Positions 33,014 through 43,027 are shown, numbered from the stretch's first letter. The stretch: 64,000 nucleotides of DNA from Aulosira sp. ZfuVER01 (GCA_034530615.2 JAVRCV020000009.1:8014-72013), one strand, 5' to 3'. Numbers and translations are program-made. Notes: a model not told the origin generated them from the letters alone.

Positions 33014-33529
33014 TTATAGAAAAAATTGCACAACTGCTTTGGGATTAAAAACTGTTGAACCTTTTGGTAAATATCCTGTGATAAAAGGAAGTAACTGCGC
33101 TGGAAATGAACCAAGCTTTGCAGGTAAAATTCCCCGAAGATCGTGAAGTTCAATTTCATTGACCGATTTAACTACCATACCAAAACAATAGTTATCAACT
33201 TGTAAAACAATAGCTATTGGTTGCCGTAATAGAGGCACTTGCTCAAACAGAGGTGTACCACCAATCAGATGCTCTAAATCGATTAACCATAACATTTCAC
33301 CTCGCCAGTTATAAGCACCTAAAACACTACTTGGAGTTTCGGGAACAATCAAAATGTCATCTAAGGATATCCGCATAATTTCTGTAATTTGTTCAAGCGG
33401 TATCAAACTATTTCCAAATGTTCCTATAGGGAAACTTAGTAAGCGCCTGCGATGATCTTCTACAGGTACATCAAGTAGTGAATGAGCTAAGTTAGTTGTT
33501 TTTAAAACTGAATCAAGGGATGGTAGCAT
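33014..33529 (-). CDS. cheW: CheW adaptor
   Basis: VPETPSSVLGAYNWRGEMLWLIDL motif. Confidence 0.9.
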   Translation of the reverse strand: MLPSLDSVLKTTNLAHSLLDVPVEDHRRRLLSFPIGTFGNSLIPLEQITEIMRISLDDILIVPETPSSVLGAYNWRGEMLWLIDLEHLIGGTPLFEQVPLLRQPIAIVLQVDNYCFGMVVKSVNEIELHDLRGILPAKLGSFPAQLLPFITGYLPKGSTVFNPKAVVQFFL

Positions 33530-33571
33530 TTTTATTTATTAGTTTTATTGATAATAGAAAATCTAAAAATA

Positions 33572-34837
33572 TTACAATGGTAGATGAATTATGAACTCTG
33601 CACCTTCGCCTGGTATAGAATTAACTTCCAAAGATCCACCATGCTTTTCAGTAATTATTTGGCGGGTAATGGCTAATCCTAAACCAGTTCCTTTACCAAC
33701 AGGTTTTGTGGTAAAAGCATAGCCAAAAATCTTTTCTTGAATTTCTTTAGGGATTCCTATACCATTATCTCGGATATGAATTATGGCATGGGTTCCTTCC
33801 TGATTTAAGGTAGTTTTTATATAAATTTGCGGTTTCTTTTGACTATCTAAATGTTGGTGATGACAGTCTCTCAAAGCATCGACTGCATTGATTAATAAAT
33901 TCATAAATACTTGATTTAAAGGGCCAGGCAAACAATTAATCATTGGTAATTTGCCATAATCTTTGATTATCTGAATTTCTGGGTGCTTGTTATTTTTTTT
34001 CAGCCGATGCTTGATAATCAATAATGTACTTTCTATACCTTCATGAATATCAAAATTAACTTTGCCTTCTGTGTCATTACGCGAAAAAATTCTAAATGAT
34101 TCGCTAATGTCTTTAATGCGGATAGCACTTGTTTGCATCGTTGTCAGTATATTAGATAAATCTTCAATCAAAAAATCTAATTCTATATCTTGTGCGTGTT
34201 TCCTGATTTCTTCATCAGTCGCTTTTTGCTGATAAAGATGCAAATGCTCAACTAAGTCTCTAACATAACTCGTTGCATAAATAGAATTAGCACTTATTGC
34301 TCCAACAGGATTATTAATTTCGTGAGCAACCCCGGCAACTAATTGTCCAAGTGTAGACATTTTTTCATTTTGGATCAATTGAAGTTGAGATTCTTGGAGT
34401 TGTTTTAGGGTTCCTTTTAATTCTTGACTTTGTGCTTCTAACTGCTTATTTAAGTTACTTAATTTGAGATGGACATTAACTCGCGCTATCACCTCTTCTT
34501 TTTGTAAGGGTTTAGTTACATAATCGACTGCACCCATACTCAAACCTTTGACCTTATCTTCTATTTTCGATAATGCTGTCATAAAAATGACTGGAATATC
34601 TTGAGCTTCTTTGATTTTTTTAAGGCGAAGACATATTTCAAAACCATCCATCTCTGGTAGCATTACATCTAATAAAATTAGATTGGGTGGATTTTCCTTT
34701 ACTTTCTTTAATGCGCTTTCACCACTATTAGCAATCACAACACTAAACCCAGCTTGTTGTAAAATTGCTAATAAAGCCGTTGCATTTGTAGGACTATCAT
34801 CAACTATTAAAATTTGCGTCTCTTGTGTTTCTACCAT
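33572..34837 (-). CDS. Hybrid receiver-histidine kinase
   Basis: Receiver (IVDD, LDVMLP, VTKP) plus H-box AHEINNP, NQVFMN, GKGTGLGL. Confidence 0.92.
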   Translation of the reverse strand: MVETQETQILIVDDSPTNATALLAILQQAGFSVVIANSGESALKKVKENPPNLILLDVMLPEMDGFEICLRLKKIKEAQDIPVIFMTALSKIEDKVKGLSMGAVDYVTKPLQKEEVIARVNVHLKLSNLNKQLEAQSQELKGTLKQLQESQLQLIQNEKMSTLGQLVAGVAHEINNPVGAISANSIYATSYVRDLVEHLHLYQQKATDEEIRKHAQDIELDFLIEDLSNILTTMQTSAIRIKDISESFRIFSRNDTEGKVNFDIHEGIESTLLIIKHRLKKNNKHPEIQIIKDYGKLPMINCLPGPLNQVFMNLLINAVDALRDCHHQHLDSQKKPQIYIKTTLNQEGTHAIIHIRDNGIGIPKEIQEKIFGYAFTTKPVGKGTGLGLAITRQIITEKHGGSLEVNSIPGEGAEFIIHLPL

Positions 34838-35400
34838 GTATGAATTTTGTTTGTTATACCAAATATTATTTTTAAATAGTTTTAAAATTGAGCTAAAATA
34901 GAATATTAATTGGATTTAAAATATTAAAACTAATTTAATGACAAATATTGGATAGCCATTATTTTTATAGTTTTCATCTAAAAAAACAACCATCAATGCT
35001 ATATCATTAAGTGTTGGATCAAATTACATATTAGCTAAATCATATAGACTCTACTACAGGATAATTACATAATATATTTATGTTTTATCTAGAAAAATAT
35101 CAGTAGAAATTCTATTTCTCTTGAGAAAAAACCTGAGTATAATTAATGGCAAAATATTTTCTAAAAAATTATTTATATCAATAAAAAAAGCCAACTTTTC
35201 TATTGGCTAATAAATATATCCTTATCCGCAGATAAAGCCTTGGGAAATAATCATTCTCCCGATGTTACTCAATCATACTGACCCCAAATTTCACGATAAA
35301 AAAACTCTAGTGAAAGCTCCTCGTTTCCGCAAAAACTCTGTGTAATCTACATTTAACAGATCGCTGTTAATCTAAAATCCAGACTAAATTTTCCCTAATT

Positions 35401-36129
35401 CTAAGGATAAACACCAGGCTTGCTCAAAATTTGTTTCTGAGATGTAGTCAAATCAGGGTAATCATTGGCATTATATGAGTTTCTTGACCATGCCGAGGGA
35501 TAGGGAGAATACTTATAAAAAAGTGTCCGGCGCTCATGTGTTCCCCGCCAAGGAAGAGTACCGTGAGTTAAAGCCTCAGTAAAAATAATGGCGCTACCAG
35601 CCTTAAGAGTAACAGCCTGTACGCAAGCACTAGGAGATTGCAGATTTCGCCATTGTTCTGGTAAAGGTAGATTACTTTTATGACTTCCAGGGATGCAAGC
35701 AAATCCACCTTCGCCAGGATGTACATCATTTAGCTCGTAAGCAACAGCAGTTAATCCGTTGTAGATTTTACCATTGTTGAAAAGATAGTACTGGCAGGGA
35801 TCGTAGGGAGTTCCACCCCCATGTAAGTGACAACCAATCGGGCCCAGACCTTGACGAATAATGTGAACATAGTCATGATCTAAGCGAAATTGCTTTCCTA
35901 GCAACTCAGATAGATAGGGAGCGATCGCTCGATTATCAATCAATTCTCGGAAAGGCTGACCCCAAGGTAACAAATCATCGAAGCGTAAGAATGGTGCTTC
36001 TGGATTATCTTGGCGTGCAATTTGCCGATCTAATAGTGCTTGAAGGGCTGCAATCTGGTCACTGTTAAGCGCATTCTCAATAACTAAGAATCCTTGTAAG
36101 TCAAAAAGATAGCGTTCCAAGTCGGTCAT
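35401..36129 (-). CDS. Phytanoyl-CoA dioxygenase (PhyH) family protein
   Basis: YLFDLQGFLVI, GGFACIPGSHK, FTEALTHGT, RRTLFYKY. Confidence 0.8.
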   Translation of the reverse strand: MTDLERYLFDLQGFLVIENALNSDQIAALQALLDRQIARQDNPEAPFLRFDDLLPWGQPFRELIDNRAIAPYLSELLGKQFRLDHDYVHIIRQGLGPIGCHLHGGGTPYDPCQYYLFNNGKIYNGLTAVAYELNDVHPGEGGFACIPGSHKSNLPLPEQWRNLQSPSACVQAVTLKAGSAIIFTEALTHGTLPWRGTHERRTLFYKYSPYPSAWSRNSYNANDYPDLTTSQKQILSKPGVYP

Positions 36130-36500
36130 GGAAATTGTTATTGGCTAAGAAGTTACCCATTAAAGCATTTTATTTATCAAACTTCAAAGCCGAGAAATTA
36201 ACATATACCTTAGTAGCTTTTATTACACTTGGCTAATCTTTTAGTAGATAATACCAATTCCAAATTCGTTTGGAAAAGTTGCGTGCGTATCTGTCGTCTT
36301 CTTTTTTTAAATTTGTATAAATTATTCCAAGTAATTCTTATCTGCAAATTGTCTAGATTAGACATTGCCTGCGTTTAAATATTTGTTTTTGAAGCGAAAT
36401 TAACAATAATTTTTCTTAACATTTTATACTTATCTCCTACGATAGAAGGCTATATCGCCGGCAAGAATTAAACTAGATTTTAAGTTTTTAATAGAAAATT

Positions 36501-36773
36501 ATGAATCTTCTTGCTTGGATAGTTTTAGGTATTATTGCCGGAGCTATAGCTAAAGCTATTTACCCTGGTCGTCAGGGTGGCGGAATTATTGCAACAATGG
36601 TTTTAGGTATAATTGGTGCTTTAATTGGAGGAAGTTTAGTTTCTATTTTAGGTAAAGGCGGAGCAACATTTGCTGCTGGAACTCTCAGTATTCCTAGCTT
36701 GATTATTGCTGTAATTGGTGCCATAATTGCTATTTTCTTATGGGGCTTAATTACTGGTCGTAGCAGCTATTAG
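36501..36773 (+). CDS. GlsB/YeaQ/YmgE stress-response membrane protein
   Basis: WIVLGIIAGAIAK..PG..GG...TMVLGIIGALIGG. Confidence 0.9.
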   Translation: MNLLAWIVLGIIAGAIAKAIYPGRQGGGIIATMVLGIIGALIGGSLVSILGKGGATFAAGTLSIPSLIIAVIGAIIAIFLWGLITGRSSY

Positions 36774-36831
36774 TTAAGTAGAATCAGATTCATGGTTAGC
36801 TTTTAATCTAACCTTTTATTTAATAAATCAA

Positions 36832-36864
36832 AAGAACTCCACTTCTCTTTGGAAGTGGAGTTCT
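36832..36864. terminator. Hairpin terminator between convergent genes
   Basis: agaactccacttc...gaagtggagttct. Confidence 0.7.
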
Positions 36865-36902
36865 AAAATTAAAAATCGCACCCAAGGATTTGATTTACAG
36901 AA

Positions 36903-37085
36903 CTAATCTAAAGCTTTTTTGAGTTCATCTTTAATGTTTTCGGTAGTGTGGATAACTTGGGCTTCAGCTTGCTTGGCTTTACCTTCAGCCTTATCTGCCG
37001 GATTGCCAGTTACTTCACCGATGACTTCTTGCAGCTTTCCTTCAATATTTTTTGCAGTTGCTTCTACTCTTTTTTCAATACTCAT
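36903..37085 (-). CDS. csbD: CsbD family general stress protein
   Basis: KNIEGKLQEVIGEVTGN...AEGKAKQ. Confidence 0.9.
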   Translation of the reverse strand: MSIEKRVEATAKNIEGKLQEVIGEVTGNPADKAEGKAKQAEAQVIHTTENIKDELKKALD

Positions 37086-37312
37086 AGGTTTTTAATCTTA
37101 TTTTTACTTGGTTTAATCATTGATTCACAGAAACAATCTACTGCAATATTTAATATTTGGTATCTATCATGAGATAGTTTGTTTCGCTGAATAATTATCT
37201 ACTTGAGATAGATGTTAAATTAAATTTAAATTCATAGATAATATGGAAATTACCAAAATATAAAGCGTCAGAGATGAAATAGTTATTTAAATATCATAAG
37301 GATAGTAGAGGA

Positions 37313-38167
37313 GTGTTCAAAAAACGCCATAAAAATCAATGGAGAAGTGAAATTAATGACATTATCCGGGGTGCGTGTGGAGGGTTTCTATTTGGGATTC
37401 CGTTGTTATACACAATGGAAGTATGGTGGATTGGGTCACTGGCCAAACCACAACTAATGATGTTGGCGATCGCCTTGATGTTTATTGGAGTATTCTTACT
37501 CAATAAGACGGAAGGCTTTCGCAAACGCAGACATCAGAAGCGACCTTATGAAGCTGCAACAGATACTGTAGAAGCGATCGCAATTGGGCTAGCTTGCTCT
37601 AGCTTTGTGCTGTTTTTACTACAAGAACTGACACTTGACTCTCCACTCAAAGAAGCCTTGGGCAAAATCATCTTTGAAAGTGTACCCTTTACACTCGGTG
37701 TAGCATTAGCCAATCAATTTCTGGGAGATACTGACAATCCCCAAGGACAAAGTAAACGACGCAGTGAGTTAGACGCCACCTTTGCTGATTTAGGTGCAAC
37801 TGTGATTGGTGCGACTGTAATTGCATTTAACATCGCCCCTACAGATGAAATTCCCATGCTAGCAGCCACGGTTTCGCCTGCTTGGCAATTAGGAATTATT
37901 GCCACATCTTTAATCATTTCCTATGGGATAGTATTTCAGGCAGGCTTTTCAGATCAGCAAAAACGCAGACAGCAAAAAGGAATTTTTCAACGACCATCCA
38001 GCGAAACTATTATGTCCTACTTAGTGTCACTGCTAGCAGCCGCAATGATGCTATGGTTCTTTCAAAAACTGACTCTTAGCGACCCTTGGACTATGTGGTT
38101 GGATCACACCTTAATGCTGGGATTACCTGCAACGATTGGTGGTGCAGCTGGGAGGTTAGCGATATGA
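37313..38167 (+). CDS. TIGR02587 family membrane protein (DUF2391-like)
   Basis: GGFLFGIPLLYTMEVWWIG, NIAPTDEI, LGLPATIGGAAGRL. Confidence 0.85.
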   Translation: MFKKRHKNQWRSEINDIIRGACGGFLFGIPLLYTMEVWWIGSLAKPQLMMLAIALMFIGVFLLNKTEGFRKRRHQKRPYEAATDTVEAIAIGLACSSFVLFLLQELTLDSPLKEALGKIIFESVPFTLGVALANQFLGDTDNPQGQSKRRSELDATFADLGATVIGATVIAFNIAPTDEIPMLAATVSPAWQLGIIATSLIISYGIVFQAGFSDQQKRRQQKGIFQRPSSETIMSYLVSLLAAAMMLWFFQKLTLSDPWTMWLDHTLMLGLPATIGGAAGRLAI

Positions 38168-38565
38168 ATAATACAGAAAACCAAAATCAAGAGCGATCGC
38201 TTGCTGAATGGGTGACATTCAGTGCTGCTTCATTCATCCTAGCAGCGATCGTTAGTTTAGTAGGATACACTTGGCTAACCAACAAAAATCAACCTCCCAT
38301 TGTATCAGTTAGCAACAAACAAACAATTCGGGAAATTGATGGACAATTTTATGTTCCCTTTGAAGTTGTTAATAAGGGTGGAGATACAGCTGAATCAGTG
38401 CAAATAATGGCTGAGTTAAAGATTGACGGTAAAGTTGCGGAAACAGGGGAACAACAAATTGACTTTTTATCTCATGGTGAAAAGGAAGAAGGTGCATTTG
38501 TATTTAGCCATAATCCCCAGGAAGGTCAGTTGACTATGCGTGTTGCTAGTTATAAATTGCCCTAG
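38164..38565 (+). CDS. TIGR02588 family protein
   Basis: AEWVTF, FYVPFEVVNKGG.TAESVQI, IDFLS; ATGA overlap with the upstream gene. Confidence 0.85.
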   Translation: MNNTENQNQERSLAEWVTFSAASFILAAIVSLVGYTWLTNKNQPPIVSVSNKQTIREIDGQFYVPFEVVNKGGDTAESVQIMAELKIDGKVAETGEQQIDFLSHGEKEEGAFVFSHNPQEGQLTMRVASYKLP

Positions 38566-38657
38566 TTGAGGGATTCTAACTATACCATTCTGGTTATTCA
38601 AAACTCAAAAAGCCCAACCGCGAGTTATTATCATCAAGTAGTTTTTAACACTATGTG

Positions 38658-40136
38658 ATGACTCAAAGAATTACCCTTAGTTTGATGCTATTGTTTCTTG
38701 GTAGCCATATTAGTCTTACCCAGCAAGCAGCTAAAGCACAGGTACCAACACCAGTAGCACCCGCCACTACCACAAAAGCAATTTGCCCTGCCCAACTGGG
38801 AACATCTATAGATGCTGTCATCAATCGGCCTCTATTCAATCGCGTGCGCTGGGGAATATTAGTCCAACCTCTGTCATCTGGCTCAACTCTTTACAGTCGG
38901 GATGCTAACAAATACTTTACTCCAGCTTCTAATACAAAACTACTAACCACAGCTGCTGCATTGCAGCAGTTAGGAGAAAATTTTCGCATTCGTACCTCTA
39001 TTTATCAGAACCCCAATGGAGTTTTGCGCGTTGTTGGTAGAGGAGATCCCAGCTTAAGTGATACTCAATTGCAAGCATTAGCACAGCAATTGCAACAGAA
39101 AGGCATTACCCAAATTAAACAATTGATTGTCGATGATAGTTATATTCAAGGCGATACAGTTAACTCGACATGGGAATGGGAAGATGTGCAGTCAGATTAT
39201 GGCGCACCCGTTGGCAGTTTTATTTTGAATCAAAATGTTTTTGACTTCAAGCTTGTACCACAAACTATAGGTAAACCTTTACAAATTGCGTGGAATGATG
39301 CCAACGAGGCGGGAAAGTGGCGGATAATTAATCAATCAACGACAGTTAGCAAAAATCAACCAAGCTACATCAACGTTACCCGCGATTTAACAGGAACAGT
39401 TTTGCGAATTCAAGGGCAACTAGTAGAGAAATCTGAACCTTATTTAGTAACCTTACCTGTAGTTGACCCTAACTATTACTTTTTGCGTCACTTGCGTACT
39501 GCTTTAGCAACGCAAAAAATTACTTTAGGACAAACATTCGTATTAAATGGTGGGACTAATCAACAAGAAATAGCTGCTATAGATTCACCTCCATTATCGG
39601 AATTGTTGATGGAGACTCTGCAAAATAGTAATAATCTTTATGCTGAAGCGCTACTGAGAGCATTAGCTGTTAAAAAACCTCAACAACCAAAAGAGCAGAA
39701 TAAAAATACTGCTGATATTGGGTTAGAAGTTTTGAAGATGAGTTTAACTCAATTAGGAGTTGATCCAACGACTTACTTTTTAGTAGATGGTTCTGGGTTA
39801 TCACGTCGTAACCTAGTATCTCCAGAAGGTTTAGTACAAACTTTGCGCTTAATGGCAAAAACACCCGCCGCAGCTATTTATCGCGCATCCTTACCAATTG
39901 CAGGGAAAAGCGGTACTTTGAAAAATCGTTTTCGCAACACTCCGGCTGAGGGGATTGTGCAAGCAAAAACAGGTACATTGACTGGTGCAGTTTCCCTAAC
40001 TGGATATGTGAACGGGACTAAATATGAACCATTAATTTTTAGTATTATGGTAAATCAAAGCGAACAGCCAGCAAGCAATATAAGGCAAGCAATTGATGAA
40101 ATTGTGGTGTTATTAACACAGTTGCAGCGTTGTTAA
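38658..40136 (+). CDS. dacB: D-alanyl-D-alanine carboxypeptidase/endopeptidase (PBP4, S13)
   Basis: PASNTK (SxxK), SNN, DGSGLSR, KTGTL. Confidence 0.92.
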   Translation: MTQRITLSLMLLFLGSHISLTQQAAKAQVPTPVAPATTTKAICPAQLGTSIDAVINRPLFNRVRWGILVQPLSSGSTLYSRDANKYFTPASNTKLLTTAAALQQLGENFRIRTSIYQNPNGVLRVVGRGDPSLSDTQLQALAQQLQQKGITQIKQLIVDDSYIQGDTVNSTWEWEDVQSDYGAPVGSFILNQNVFDFKLVPQTIGKPLQIAWNDANEAGKWRIINQSTTVSKNQPSYINVTRDLTGTVLRIQGQLVEKSEPYLVTLPVVDPNYYFLRHLRTALATQKITLGQTFVLNGGTNQQEIAAIDSPPLSELLMETLQNSNNLYAEALLRALAVKKPQQPKEQNKNTADIGLEVLKMSLTQLGVDPTTYFLVDGSGLSRRNLVSPEGLVQTLRLMAKTPAAAIYRASLPIAGKSGTLKNRFRNTPAEGIVQAKTGTLTGAVSLTGYVNGTKYEPLIFSIMVNQSEQPASNIRQAIDEIVVLLTQLQRC

Positions 40137-40188
40137 TTTATCAAACAAAAAACATGGTGCTTTAAAAATTTAGGACTCTTACATAAGT

Positions 40189-40383
40189 CTATTAGTGACC
40201 ACAGGTTTTTTAGGGTCTTACACTACTTTCTCAACTTATGAGTTAGATGCAGCTAAGTTGCTCCAAGAAAGCAGCTTAGAAATGGGTTTGGTTTACTACC
40301 TTAGTAGTTCTTTTTTCGCCCTGATTAGCCTATTGTTAGGGAATGCGTTAGCCGAATTTTTTATTCTTAAAAAAGAATCATGA
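40189..40383 (+). pseudogene. crcB: CrcB/Fluc fluoride channel, 3' half only
   Basis: TTGFLGSYTTFSTY signature; in-frame TAG at 40171 and no N-terminal helices. Confidence 0.75.
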
Positions 40384-40455
40384 CTAATCAAGATAAATAA
40401 GCTTTAGACTTGAGGAATATTTATAGGTGCATGATGAACCACTTTCACTGTATCC

Positions 40456-40566
40456 GGGAGCATTCCAATTTTGGAAATTTATCAAATTAAAACTAGTCAT
40501 TGCGAACGCTTCATTTCATTACGCTCGCAATGACAAAATATGTTTTTACACATTTGGGATGCTCCC
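40456..40566. mobile_element. MITE-like element with internal palindrome
   Basis: TIR gggagcattccaa / ttgggatgctccc; inner gtcattgcga...tcgcaatgac (40496-40534). Confidence 0.6.
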
Positions 40567-40577
40567 ATGTATCTTCA

Positions 40578-42296
40578 TCATGGTATTAATTCCTCGCATC
40601 TTAATAAAAGAACTCTTACTTGTTTTAGTTCATCACTATGCTCATCTAAAAAACTTCGCAGCTTATCTTCTTGGTCAATTAATTCCAGACATTGAGGGAG
40701 TTTGTGAGGAGAAAATTCGTGATGGTCATGGTGCAAATCATCTCCTTTCAAAAATCCCACTGAAACTTGGTATACTATAACTTGTTCAATGCCAAATTCT
40801 TTAGCACGGGCAGCTAAATAATAAGTTAAAGATGGTGCTGTTAATTTTTGCCAAAATGTTTTTTTAGGTACACGAGATCCAGAGTGAAAATACAAACGTA
40901 AAACCGTCAAATTGTGCATTTCAATTTCTTCCCCTTGGTGTACAAATCCCCAAAAATGCAGGTCGTTGAATAAATGAATTTGTTTTTCAATCTTTTTTTC
41001 TACAGTCCGAGCAGCTTCTAGGGATTGGGTGGCTAAACTTCGTCCTTCTTGCACAGGCATGAAATGGTATTTGCCTGAGCCAATGCGTTGTGCTTTATAA
41101 ATACCCGCGTGCCCAGAAAAAACATAGCTGGCTACACAAGCAATACCAATAAAAACTCCCGATTCTAATCCAAACAGTTCAATTCCCATCAAAGTTGAGG
41201 CGATAGGAGTATTGGCTGCACCACCAAAGACAGCAACAAACCCCATACCTGCAAGTAGTGGTGCAGGTAGAGCCAATATTAAAGACAAAGCATTACCTAA
41301 TGTTGCACCAATATAAAATAGAGGAGTTACTTCTCCTCCTTTAAAACCTGCTCCTAAAGTCAAAGCAGTAAAAGCTATTTTGGTAGCAAAATCCCAAGGT
41401 GGTAACTGAGTATTAAAAGCATCAACAATTGTGGGAATACCCAGTCCAATGTATTTTGTAGTTCCGACTGCCCAAACAGCCAATGCCACAATCACTCCAC
41501 CAATGGCGGGGCGTAAAGGAGGATAGGAGATTTTTTCTTTAAAAATGTGGCTAATTTTATGAGTTAGTTTGGCAAAAATCATCGCTACAATGCCAAAAAT
41601 TGCACCAGCAACAATTGCCGAAATCAGCCCCATGAAGGTGATTGTGGGGATAACGGGGGCATGACGATACGCTGTATGATGCAAACCTAACATTAAGGTA
41701 ACGCGATCGCCTACGACTGCGGCAATTAAACAAGGAAACAGTGCATCATGTTGGATTGTCCCAATAGCTAAAACTTCTAAACCAAAGATGGTTCCTGCTA
41801 AGGGAGTTCCGAAAACTGAAGCGAATCCTCCACTTAAACCTGCCATTAATATAATGCGTCGATCTGCGTGTTTAAAGTGGAATATCTTTGTCAATCTATC
41901 TGCCAGTGAAGCTGCTATTTGTAGGGCTGTACCTTCACGACCGGCGGAACCTCCAAAGAAATGAGTTAGGTCTGTGCCAAACAAAACTAAAGGAGCCATC
42001 CGCAAAGGAATAATATCTTTAGGATTGTGGATTTCTTCCAGTAAAAGATTGTTTCCTGCCTCTACACTTTTGCCAAACTGATGATAAATCCAACCACTTA
42101 AAAAACCGCCTAAAGGTAATAGTGAAATTATCCAAAGATGTGATTCTCTCCAATCGGTTGACCATTCCAAGGATGCCAAAAGAGCAGCAGAACCTATGCC
42201 AGAAAGAATACCAACAACCAAGGAGATAATGAACCACTTGCTGAGTTGGGGTAAGGCAATTAATTGTTCTAAATGGCGTAATTTATTCATATCCAA
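40578..42296 (-). CDS. CLC-F (EriC-F) fluoride/proton antiporter fused to a C-terminal DUF190-like domain
   Basis: CLC-F signatures GNNLL, GREGT, GEVTP; C-terminal LRLY...AKEFGI.Q..V..V..GF...LP..LE.ID domain. Confidence 0.88.
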   Translation of the reverse strand: MDMNKLRHLEQLIALPQLSKWFIISLVVGILSGIGSAALLASLEWSTDWRESHLWIISLLPLGGFLSGWIYHQFGKSVEAGNNLLLEEIHNPKDIIPLRMAPLVLFGTDLTHFFGGSAGREGTALQIAASLADRLTKIFHFKHADRRIILMAGLSGGFASVFGTPLAGTIFGLEVLAIGTIQHDALFPCLIAAVVGDRVTLMLGLHHTAYRHAPVIPTITFMGLISAIVAGAIFGIVAMIFAKLTHKISHIFKEKISYPPLRPAIGGVIVALAVWAVGTTKYIGLGIPTIVDAFNTQLPPWDFATKIAFTALTLGAGFKGGEVTPLFYIGATLGNALSLILALPAPLLAGMGFVAVFGGAANTPIASTLMGIELFGLESGVFIGIACVASYVFSGHAGIYKAQRIGSGKYHFMPVQEGRSLATQSLEAARTVEKKIEKQIHLFNDLHFWGFVHQGEEIEMHNLTVLRLYFHSGSRVPKKTFWQKLTAPSLTYYLAARAKEFGIEQVIVYQVSVGFLKGDDLHHDHHEFSPHKLPQCLELIDQEDKLRSFLDEHSDELKQVRVLLLRCEELIP

Positions 42297-42870
42297 ATTG
42301 CTGTTATTTCTTGCTGGTTTGTATTAAAAAATTTTGGTAGAAGTTGTTTAAGATCAAAAAATCTGCAAAAAATTCAGATTTTTATGTAAATATTTGCGGT
42401 CTATAACGAGCCAGAATTATCTCAATCAAATTGAGCTTTTTTGAGTTTAAAAGAAGTTTAGTAATAAATTTAAAAATTAAAAAATTAGTAGAAGAATTAG
42501 TTACATTAAAAAATGTAGCTTTTTGAGTAGCAATACTTACTATTGATGGAATTGTCTTAAATTTTGCTACTCTGAGTTTGGTAATATTTAAATTTTGTTT
42601 GAGTATAACTGGCAAGTAAGCCAACAAAATCCGGTAATGATTGGCTGAGTCAGCAGCTATTTTACTGCTATCAAAAGAGCAAACTGCGATCGCCAACTGC
42701 GGGGCTTCGCTCATCACACGATCGCAAAAGCTTATACCGCTCTTACTCAGCTCAACACCACAGGCGATCGCCTTAATTATTAGTACTATCCAAGGATTAC
42801 AGGCTAAAGCTGTTTCGGTAGTTTCTAAAAACCGCAGCTTGATTATTCTGAAGCTTTTTTTGAAAATTGC

Positions 42871-42993
42871 AAAAAAAATTCCGCCCATTTTATCCACTCC
42901 AACCTGACTAATAGTTTTTAGCTCTTACTACCTACTTGTTTACAGCAGGTTAATTGCAGTATTGAACTAGAAACTATCAGCCACAGGGGCGGT
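42871..42993 (-). terminator. Riboswitch expression-platform terminator
   Basis: CTAAAAACTATTAGTCAGG...GGGCGG is complementary to the aptamer 3' half and is followed by an 8-T tract. Confidence 0.65.
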
Positions 42994-43027
42994 TCTCTGG
43001 TTATTTCAGAAGGCGAGTTTCATCACC
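42967..43027 (-). ncRNA. Fluoride (crcB-motif) riboswitch
   Basis: Minus strand reads GGTGATGAAACTCGCC...AACCGCCCCTGTGGCTGATAGTTTCTAG, matching the crcB consensus (GAAAC/GTTTC pseudoknot); upstream of CLC-F. Confidence 0.85.

Noticed and set aside
40427..40780. 117-aa plus-strand ORF
   Set aside because: Spans a MITE and is antisense to the CLC-F 3' end; likely spurious.
42382..42897. 171-aa ORF as a confident CDS
   Set aside because: No recognisable motif, runs through the terminator and a HIP1-associated insertion, AT-rich tail; mentioned only under findings.
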